A DNA stretch of 32,000 nt from Dubosiella newyorkensis (GTDB lineage Bacteria; Bacillota_I; Bacilli_A; Erysipelotrichales; Erysipelotrichaceae). Positions 1-6,432 of this stretch are shown in pieces. The notes beneath the pieces are model-generated. The model had not been told where the DNA came from. It ran no database searches and was given only the letters and a program-made list of their open reading frames with translations. Position numbers and translations under genes: made by a program. Where the stretch lies: assembly GCF_001945605.1 (NCBI RefSeq), contig NZ_MPKA01000047.1:1-32000 (forward strand), read 5' to 3'. Every line of letters starts with the position of its first letter. The stretch's first letter is position 1.

Positions 1-6
1 TACCAT
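1..6 (-). CDS. First two codons of an unidentified gene that leaves the window
   Basis: The reverse complement of 1-25 reads AAAATTATGGAGGAACGTCATGGTA. GGAGGA (12-17) lies 5 nt upstream of ATG (4-6). The product cannot be inferred. Confidence 0.25.
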
Positions 7-185
7 GACGTTCCTCCATAATTTTTTCTCACAATTCCACCCTCTACATTCTTGAATCAATTATAACTCTTTTGTCAATTTTGCAGAGCATCTTTCTTGT
101 AGATCTTTCTAGAATATGGTTTACTATAGTCGAGCTAAAGATAGCTCACTTCATAATCAAATTCCCTTTCTTAAAACTTTCTTGG

Positions 186-210
186 AAAAAAGGCCGCAAG
201 GCCTTTTTTT
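186..210. terminator. Symmetric hairpin, possibly a bidirectional intrinsic terminator
   Basis: A6-GGCC-GCAA-GGCC-T7. The A and T runs flank a GC stem, so a U-tract follows the stem on either strand. Confidence 0.55.
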
Positions 211-246
211 CTGTCTAAACAGCAATAAAAAAGAAGAGAGAAACAA

Positions 247-279
247 AGAGAAAAAGAAAAGCGGAAGCGCCGCTTCCGC
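247..279 (-). terminator. Intrinsic terminator downstream of the amt::PII gene
   Basis: The stem is GCGGAAG / CTTCCGC (261-267 / 273-279). On the minus strand it is followed by a U-rich run (complement of the purine tract 247-260), about 50 nt after the stop at 331-333. Confidence 0.6.
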
Positions 280-309
280 AAGGAGTGTATATTAAGAGGT
301 AATAATGCA

Positions 310-327
310 ATATATATATATATATAT
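310..327. repeat. (AT)9 dinucleotide microsatellite
   Basis: ATATATATATATATATAT read directly. It ends 3 nt from the amt::PII stop codon. Confidence 0.95.
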
Positions 328-330
328 TGA

Positions 331-2032
331 TCAGGCTTCGTTGTATTTGAGCGCGTCTTTTCCTTTTTGACCTGTAGAGATCCGAACGACTTGTTCTACA
401 TCGTAAACAAAGATCTTACCATCGCCCATTTGACCTGTGTACAACGCTTTTCTTGTCGCGTCGATGACTTTTTGCACAGGAACTTCAGAAACGACGATCT
501 CGACTTTCATCTTAGGAAGCAGTTTCGATTCCACTTCAGCTCCACGATAATATGTCGTTTGCCCTTTTTGAACACCCATACCCATAACATTCGTAACAGT
601 CATTCCACCAATACCGATCTTATCCAATTCGTTCTTCAAGCTTTCAAAACGATCCGGTTTCGTAATGATCGTTACTTGCGAGAATTCGCCTGTACCTTCC
701 TTCATCCGAACTGGAACGGCATCTTCAACATTGACGACAACCTCTTTTTCAGAAGTCGGGATCGCGATCTCAACTGGCGCGTATGGAGACATGTCAGTCT
801 CAAACACAAATCCGCCATACGCTGAATCCAAACCGTGTTCTTCTTTATCCAAACCTTGGATCTCTTCATGCGGAGTGACCCGAAGACCGATCGTCTTTTT
901 GATGCAGAAGAAAGTCAAGAAGATCGTAATGGCTGTCCAGACACCGATGCATAATAAACCAAACGCTTGAATTCCTAGCTGCTGCCATCCGCCGCCATAG
1001 AATAAACCAACCGCTTCTGGCATCGTTTCCGTTCCGCAAGCAAACAAACCAACCGCTAACGTTCCCCAAAGACCATTCGCAAAATGGACCGCGACAGCCC
1101 CAACAGGATCGTCAACGTGTAATTTATAATCAAGAAGCCAAACAAACAAGCAGCAAAGCAAACCAGACACAATACCGATGATGCATGCGCCCCAAACATT
1201 GACCGCATCACATCCTGCTGTGATCGCAACCAATCCAGCCAAAGCGCCGTTCAACGTCATAGAAACGTCCGGCTTCCCATAACGGAACCAAGTAAATGCC
1301 ATAACCGTGCAAGCGGCAAGAGCTGGCGAAACGGTCGTCGTCGCGAAGATCGTGGCTAATTGAAGACCACTCGTCGCTGCCGCCCCGTTGAATCCATACC
1401 AACCAAACCAAAGGATGAATACACCCAGAGCTCCGACCACAATGTTGTGTCCAGGAATACCACGAGGCTTGCCATCTTTATCAAACTTGCCAATACGAGC
1501 GCCTAACATCGCGGCTCCAATAAAGGCGCACAATCCACCAGCGAAGTGAATCACGGCCGATCCAGCAAAATCGTGGAATCCCATCGCTGTCAAAAATCCA
1601 TCCGGACCCCACACCCAGTGCGCTTCAATCGGGTAGATCACCAAGCTGATAATGAAAGAATAGACGCAATAGGAAATAAATTTAGTCCGTTCGGCCATCG
1701 CCCCCGATACAATCGTAGCGGCCGTGGCGCAGAATACTAAGTTGAATGTGAAAGTCGACCAATCCGTTCCGGCAAAATCCGTTAATGGATGTCCACCCCC
1801 ATCCGATAAAACTATTTCCTTGGGCCCCGCATAATAAGCTGAATCCCAATAATAAGAACGCGACCGTTCCCAAACAAAAATCCATCGTGTTCTTCATGAT
1901 GATGTTTCCAGCATTTTTGGCCCGGGTAAATCCCGCTTCCACCATCGCGAATCCGGCTTGCATAAAAAATACTAACGCGGCTCCAATCAAAAACCAGATT
2001 CCAAACACTTGGCTGAGCACTTCTTCAATCAT
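331..2032 (-). pseudogene. amt: Ammonium transporter (Amt/NrgA family) fused to a C-terminal PII (GlnK/GlnB-like) domain, with the frame broken once
   Basis: ORF 1682..2032 carries the Amt N-terminus (FMQAGFAMVEAGF). ORF 331..1698 carries the rest of Amt (DFAGSAVIHFAGG, WFGWYGFNGAA) and then a full PII domain (GGMTVTNVMGMGVQKGQTTYYRGAE...GDGKIFVYDVEQVVRISTG) with no intervening stop. The two frames meet at the C5 run 1796-1800. Product confidence is high. Pseudogene versus sequencing error is unresolved. Confidence 0.8.
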
Positions 2033-2060
2033 AGATCTCTCTCCTCCCGACTCTGACCAA

Positions 2061-2106
2061 AAGAAAAAGCGCCTATAACCCGTTATGTATCGGTTTATAA
2101 GCGCCT
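2061..2106 (-). terminator. Intrinsic-terminator-like hairpin inside the amt leader (possible attenuator)
   Basis: The minus strand reads AGGCGCUUAUAAACC-GAUACAUAACG-GGUUAUAGGCGCU followed by UUUUUCUUUU. The stem is about 12 bp with one bulge and one G-U. It sits between the predicted promoter and the GGGAGGAG RBS/ATG at 2032. Confidence 0.55.
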
Positions 2107-2126
2107 TTGCTTTATTGGATGTCTAG

Positions 2127-2155
2127 AGAATACACCGAATTGAAAAAGAATGCAA
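2127..2155 (-). promoter_or_regulatory. Candidate sigma-A promoter of amt::PII
   Basis: The minus strand reads TTGCAT (2150-2155), a 17-nt spacer, then TATTCT (2127-2132). Confidence 0.35.
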
Positions 2156-2253
2156 GCAAAAAGTATTAAATTTTCAAATTTTATTTTCATTTTCATTTTG
2201 TTTCATCTTTAACCAAGGAAGCTCTATAATGAAAGAAAAAAAGAGGACCAATA

Positions 2254-3183
2254 ATGATTGAAAACTATAAATTCGATGGATCGAAAACGATCGATCTAAA
2301 AAAACTGCCAACCAACTCGAAAAAAGATCACGTCAATAAACAAAAGATCATTCAAGAAACCGAAGCCAATCAGCTCAAGATCCAGTCGCTGCAAGAAAAA
2401 CTCTACGCCCAAGGAATCGAAGGCTTGATCATCGTCTTGCAGGCTAGAGACGCGGCCGGAAAAGACGCCACGATCAAACACGTGCTTTCGGGGATCAATC
2501 CCCAAGGCATCGATGTCCACAGCTTCAAGCAACCCACCCATGAAGAGCTCGCCCACGACTTTTTGTGGCGCTTCAACAAAGCCCTTCCTAGACGAGGCAA
2601 GATCGCTATCTTCAACCGCTCTTATTATGAAGAAGTGCTCGTGGTCAAAGTTCATCAGCTTTATAAAAACTACGCGCTCCCTCAAAAAGACAAAGAGGAC
2701 AACTATATCCAAAGACGCTACGAGCAAATCAACAACTACGAAAAATATCTCGAACAAAACGGCTATCGGATCATCAAGATCTTTTTGAACGTCTCCAAAG
2801 AAACCCAAAAAGAACGCTTTCTTGAACGGATCGATCAGCCCGATAAAAACTGGAAGTTCTCCGAAGCCGATCTAGCCGAGCGCGCGCTTTGGGACGAATA
2901 CACAAAAGCGTATGAATCGATGGTCGATCGCACTTCGACCAAAACATGTCCATGGTATGTCTTCCCCGCCGATCAAAAATGGTACACCCGCTATCTCGTA
3001 TCGGAAGTCATCTTTAAAACGCTCAAAGAAATGGATCCACACTATCCAACGATCTCAGCCGAACAAAAAGAACACCTTCTTTCCTGCAAAGAAGCGCTTC
3101 TAAGCGAAGACGGACATGAAAAGCTCTTCAAAGAAGCTGTAAAAAAAGAAATGGAAAAAGACGATCCATCCTCCTCTTTTTGA
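2254..3183 (+). CDS. ppk2: Polyphosphate kinase 2 family protein (polyphosphate:nucleotide phosphotransferase)
   Basis: 309 aa. PPK2-type P-loop LQARDAAGKDATIKHV, then FLWRF and FNRSYYEEVLVVKVH. AAGAGGA RBS 6 nt upstream of the ATG. Confidence 0.9.
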   Translation: MIENYKFDGSKTIDLKKLPTNSKKDHVNKQKIIQETEANQLKIQSLQEKLYAQGIEGLIIVLQARDAAGKDATIKHVLSGINPQGIDVHSFKQPTHEELAHDFLWRFNKALPRRGKIAIFNRSYYEEVLVVKVHQLYKNYALPQKDKEDNYIQRRYEQINNYEKYLEQNGYRIIKIFLNVSKETQKERFLERIDQPDKNWKFSEADLAERALWDEYTKAYESMVDRTSTKTCPWYVFPADQKWYTRYLVSEVIFKTLKEMDPHYPTISAEQKEHLLSCKEALLSEDGHEKLFKEAVKKEMEKDDPSSSF

Positions 3184-3239
3184 TGAGATCAATAAAGAGC
3201 GCAAAAAGTCAGAGTAGCTAATTCAAATTTACTTGTATC

Positions 3240-3315
3240 TACATAAAAATGTGACGTTCCTCACGAAAATATACATAAAAGCGTGAAGACATTCACATTT
3301 TTATGTATATTTTCG
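3240..3315. repeat. Two interleaved perfect inverted repeats built from three copies of TACATAAAA
   Basis: TACATAAAAATGTGA (3240-3254) pairs with TCACATTTTTATGTA (3293-3307). CGAAAATATACATAAAA (3264-3280) pairs with TTTTATGTATATTTTCG (3299-3315). The two right arms overlap at 3299-3307. Confidence 0.85.
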
Positions 3316-3324
3316 GGATTCGAA

Positions 3325-3352
3325 TTGTTTTTCCTAAAATAAACTCTATAAT
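3325..3352 (+). promoter_or_regulatory. Candidate promoter of the AAA+ ATPase gene
   Basis: TTGTTT (3325-3330), 16-nt spacer, TATAAT (3347-3352), 22 nt upstream of the ATG at 3375. Confidence 0.4.
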
Positions 3353-3374
3353 TAATAAATAAAGGAGAAAAGAA

Positions 3375-4712
3375 ATGGAACGATTTATCATGGAAAAACT
3401 TGTAGAATGGAAGAAGTCTCCCTATCGAAAACCACTCATTTTAAAAGGCGTTCGACAAGTTGGAAAAACATGGATATTAAAAGAGTTTGGCAGACGTTAT
3501 TATGATCACGTCGCTTATTTTAATTTTGACGAAAACGAAGAGTATAAACAATTTTTTGAAACAACAAAAGATGTTAACCGTATCTTACAAAACCTCATGC
3601 TCATCAGCCAACAAACGATTACTCCAGAAAATACTTTGATTATATTCGATGAAATTCAGGACTGTCCAAAAGTAATCAATTCAATGAAATATTTTTATGA
3701 AAACGCCCCATCCTACCATATTGCTTGCGCAGGTTCTTTGCTAGGCATCGCTCTTTCAAAGCCCTCCTCTTTTCCTGTTGGTCAGGTTCATTTTCTACAA
3801 ATCGAACCAATGACTTTTTCTGAATTTTTGCTAGCGAATGGAGATACAAATCTTTATACGTATATAAAAAGTTTAGAAACAATCGAGCCAATCCCTGACG
3901 CTTTTTTTAATCCATTATCTGAAAAATTAAAAATGTACTTCATTACTGGAGGAATGCCTGAGTCAGTGAAAATGTGGACAGAATTTCACGATGTATCGGC
4001 TATGCAAGCAGTTTTAACTGACATATTGCAAGCGTATGAACGAGATTTCGCCAAACATCCAAACATAAATACCTATCCTAAAATTTCTCTAATTTGGAAA
4101 TCAATTCCTTCCCAACTCGCCCGAGAAAATAAAAAGTTTATTTATAAGGTGGTAAAAGAAGGTGCTAGAGCACGTGAATACGAAGACGCACTCCAATGGC
4201 TTGTTGACGCAAGACTTGTTCACAAAATTTATTGCAGTACTGCGCCTCGTTTACCAATTAAAGCTTATGATGATCTTTCTGCTTTCAAAATCTACCTTTC
4301 CGACCTTGGTTTGCTCCGCTCCTTATCGCAACTTTCACCTCGTTCATTTGGTGAAGGAAATCGATTATTTACTGAATTCAAGGGAGCTCTTTCTGAAAAC
4401 TTCATCTTGCAGACATTGATCACACAATTCGAAGTTACCCCTAGGTATTGGAAGCAAACAAATCCCCCCTATGAAGTCGATTTTCTAATTCAACGAGAAA
4501 ATGATCTTTTCCCGATTGAAGTAAAGTCCAATTCCAATACAACAAGTAAAAGTTTAAAAAAATTTAAAGAACTTTATCCAAATGAAATGAAATTGCGGAT
4601 TCGCTTTTCTTTAGACAATTTGAAACTCGATGGAGATCTTTTGAACATTCCTCTATTTTTAGCCGACCAGACAGATCAACTCATAAATCTCGCCTTAAAA
4701 GACAAAAATTGA
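3375..4712 (+). CDS. AAA+ ATPase with DUF4143-type C-terminal domain (COG1373-like) and a putative PD-(D/E)xK nuclease-like motif
   Basis: 445 aa. Walker A GVRQVGKTW, Walker B-like LIIFDEIQD, and a C-terminal YEVDFLIQ...FPIEVKS. AAAGGAG RBS. AT-rich and GATC-poor relative to its neighbours. Confidence 0.8.
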   Translation: MERFIMEKLVEWKKSPYRKPLILKGVRQVGKTWILKEFGRRYYDHVAYFNFDENEEYKQFFETTKDVNRILQNLMLISQQTITPENTLIIFDEIQDCPKVINSMKYFYENAPSYHIACAGSLLGIALSKPSSFPVGQVHFLQIEPMTFSEFLLANGDTNLYTYIKSLETIEPIPDAFFNPLSEKLKMYFITGGMPESVKMWTEFHDVSAMQAVLTDILQAYERDFAKHPNINTYPKISLIWKSIPSQLARENKKFIYKVVKEGARAREYEDALQWLVDARLVHKIYCSTAPRLPIKAYDDLSAFKIYLSDLGLLRSLSQLSPRSFGEGNRLFTEFKGALSENFILQTLITQFEVTPRYWKQTNPPYEVDFLIQRENDLFPIEVKSNSNTTSKSLKKFKELYPNEMKLRIRFSLDNLKLDGDLLNIPLFLADQTDQLINLALKDKN

Positions 4713-4724
4713 ACCAAAAAGAAG

Positions 4725-4766
4725 ACCTCCCTGAACAAAGAATTCAGGGAGGTTTCTCTTTTTTAA
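4725..4766 (+). terminator. Intrinsic terminator of the ATPase gene
   Basis: ACCTCCCTGAA (4725-4735) / TTCAGGGAGGT (4743-4753) followed by TTTCTCTTTTTT. Confidence 0.8.
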
Positions 4767-4778
4767 GAAGCGAACGGA

Positions 4779-4805
4779 TAAAAAAAGGAGCCTCCCCTTG
4801 GCTCC
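4779..4805 (-). terminator. Intrinsic terminator of the 58-codon ORF
   Basis: On the minus strand: GGAGCC-AAGGGGA-GGCTCC, then U7 (complement of the A-run 4780-4786). It starts immediately after the stop at 4808-4810. Confidence 0.75.
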
Positions 4806-4807
4806 TA

Positions 4808-4984
4808 TTATAGATCATATGATTTTTGAACGCGGTCTTGATCGTATTTGCGAAGCGTGTCTTTCCAAACCTTCTTGCGCATTGGTTGTACCGAAAGATA
4901 AACTTTGCCGTTGTTCACACTCAAAGCCGACTGCTCATTGAGCAGGATCAAAGTTTTGTTTAATTTGGATGATGATTGATTCAT
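4808..4984 (-). CDS. Small hypothetical protein, 58 aa (below the ORF-track length cutoff)
   Basis: My translation is MNQSSSKLNKTLILLNEQSALSVNNGKVYLSVQPMRKKVWKDTLRKYDQDRVQKSYDL. AGGGAGGA lies 6 nt upstream of the ATG (4982-4984), and a dedicated terminator follows. I recognise no family. Confidence 0.5.
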   Translation of the reverse strand: MNQSSSKLNKTLILLNEQSALSVNNGKVYLSVQPMRKKVWKDTLRKYDQDRVQKSYDL

Positions 4985-5113
4985 GATTATTCCTCCCTAA
5001 TTTGTGGTATGTGCTTGTGTCAACATCAATATACTCTTGAAAACGATGAAACGGAATATGTAAATCGATTTCAATTTTTACTATATATAACGTGTCAATC
5101 TAGTGTATTTTGT

Positions 5114-5140
5114 AAAAAAAAATGAGCGTTTCCGCTCATT
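5114..5140 (-). terminator. Minus-strand intrinsic terminator in an otherwise gene-less stretch
   Basis: AATGAGCG-GAAA-CGCTCATT followed by U9 on the minus strand (A9 at 5114-5122 on plus). Confidence 0.75.
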
Positions 5141-5365
5141 GATACACGATTGCTTTCCGGTGAAAGGTCATGATCGCTCACAACATAATCATCGGCGAAA
5201 TGAAAGCAGCTCCTAATAAATATTTGAAAATCAATCGTGTCATAGAATATGGTATCAAGGATTGAGTATAGGATAGTATTATTCATTAGAAAGTATGATC
5301 AAGGCTGACTTTCATTCCAAAATTATTATTATAGTCTTTGCACCGAGCTTCCCCAAACTTGGTGC
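5114..5365 (-). ncRNA. Candidate ~250-nt non-coding transcript (or long azlD 3' UTR)
   Basis: Bounded by a near-consensus promoter (5372-5400) and the terminator 5114-5140. No ORF with a Shine-Dalgarno site lies inside. It begins with the hairpin GCACCAAGUU...AGCUCGGUGC. Confidence 0.3.
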
Positions 5366-5371
5366 TCACAT

Positions 5372-5400
5372 ACTATATCTATTTGTTCTATTAAAGTCAA
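5372..5400 (-). promoter_or_regulatory. Near-consensus sigma-A promoter with no downstream CDS
   Basis: The minus strand reads TTGACT (5395-5400), a 17-nt spacer, then TATAGT (5372-5377). Confidence 0.45.
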
Positions 5401-5435
5401 TACATTTTATTAAATATTTTAGAAAATGTTAAATA

Positions 5436-5735
5436 TCAAAACAAACCACCAAACCAAGCTCCGATCGCGGCGCCTAAAGCCACCACGATCAAGCTTTTTT
5501 CCTCATACGCCAAGACGATCGCTACTCCCGTTCCTAGAAGCGCTGAAATTTTAGAGCTTGTCGAAAACAAGATCGCCGGAAACGTCATCGCGGAAAGAAC
5601 GACATAAGGAACATAATACAAAAAGCTTTGAATAAACCGATTCTTGATCTTTTTTCGAAATAAAACAAAAGGACTAAGCCGGATCACGTACGTCGTGATC
5701 ATCATCACCAGCATTTCCTTCCAAGCCATCCACAA
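5436..5735 (-). CDS. azlD: AzlD-family branched-chain amino acid transport protein
   Basis: Small hydrophobic protein (ITTYVIRLSPFVLFRK...) directly after azlC. The true start is probably an internal ATG (about 5705-5714); the ORF-track start is a TTG. Confidence 0.75.
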   Translation of the reverse strand: MWMAWKEMLVMMITTYVIRLSPFVLFRKKIKNRFIQSFLYYVPYVVLSAMTFPAILFSTSSKISALLGTGVAIVLAYEEKSLIVVALGAAIGAWFGGLF

Positions 5736-6432
5736 ACGCCTCCTCTTTTTGATCGATCGGACATAGCCACGCCATCAAAGCGCTTACACCCACCGTGATC
5801 ACAATAATGCTCCACCCTTCGCTCAGCCACGAAGAAAAATAAAAAAACGTGCTGAGAACAAGAGCGATCATCACCGCGATCCGATTGTTTCGATTTTTCT
5901 TTATTGCCGGAATGACGATCGCGATAAACATTCCATACAAGGCGATCCCAAAAGCATCCATGACCGAGACTGGAAGCAATGAGGAAGCGATCCCCCCAAC
6001 AAAAGTCCCGCTCACCCAACCAAATACAGAAATCACGATCACACCCATCATATACGAAAACGTCAACGCTCGAGTTTGAGACATCGAGATCGCGAAGATC
6101 TCATCCGTGATCCCATAAGCGATCAGCAGCTTTTCATACCATTTCGTTTTCGGCGCGAGCTTTTGCGAGATGGAAAGCGACATCAAAAAATATCGCGCAT
6201 TGATGATCAATGTCGACAAGAACACTTCGATCAAACCGCCCCGATTCCCAATGATCTTCAAACCGGCAAATTGGCCAGCACTCGTAAGATTCGTCAAAGA
6301 AATCAAGACCGCCTCTCCGATCGGCCGTTTTAAATGGATCGCCATCATACCAAAAGCGATCGAAACCGAAAAATACCCTAAACAAATCGGAAGTCCGCTT
6401 TTCAGGCCTTCCATAAAATATCGTTTCTTCAT
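5674..6432 (-). CDS. azlC: AzlC-family amino acid permease subunit
   Basis: 252 aa, multi-TM. GLPICLGYFSVSIAFGM and LTSAGQFAG are typical of AzlC. The ATG overlaps the serpin stop (ATGA at 6429-6432). Confidence 0.85.
   Translation of the reverse strand: MKKRYFMEGLKSGLPICLGYFSVSIAFGMMAIHLKRPIGEAVLISLTNLTSAGQFAGLKIIGNRGGLIEVFLSTLIINARYFLMSLSISQKLAPKTKWYEKLLIAYGITDEIFAISMSQTRALTFSYMMGVIVISVFGWVSGTFVGGIASSLLPVSVMDAFGIALYGMFIAIVIPAIKKNRNNRIAVMIALVLSTFFYFSSWLSEGWSIIVITVGVSALMAWLCPIDQKEEAFVDGLEGNAGDDDHDVRDPA

Noticed and set aside
367-970. Plus-strand ORFs 367..825 and 665..970, with similar ones at 1546..1740 and 1785..2078, all antisense to the amt::PII gene.
   Set aside because: They lie entirely within a confidently identified gene on the other strand. 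They have low-complexity, Arg/Ser-rich translations and no RBS. These are typical shadow ORFs.
2119-2135. TGTCTAGAGAATACA overlapping the amt -10, considered as a TnrA/GlnR box.
   Set aside because: It is 15 nt, not the 17-nt TGTNAN7TNACA. The inner positions do not match, so only the TGT/ACA ends fit.
5095-5286. 63-aa minus-strand ORF inside the candidate non-coding transcript.
   Set aside because: There is no Shine-Dalgarno sequence before the ATG. The ORF reads straight through the terminator hairpin (SMSGNAHFF is the stem-loop translated). Its composition is unremarkable.
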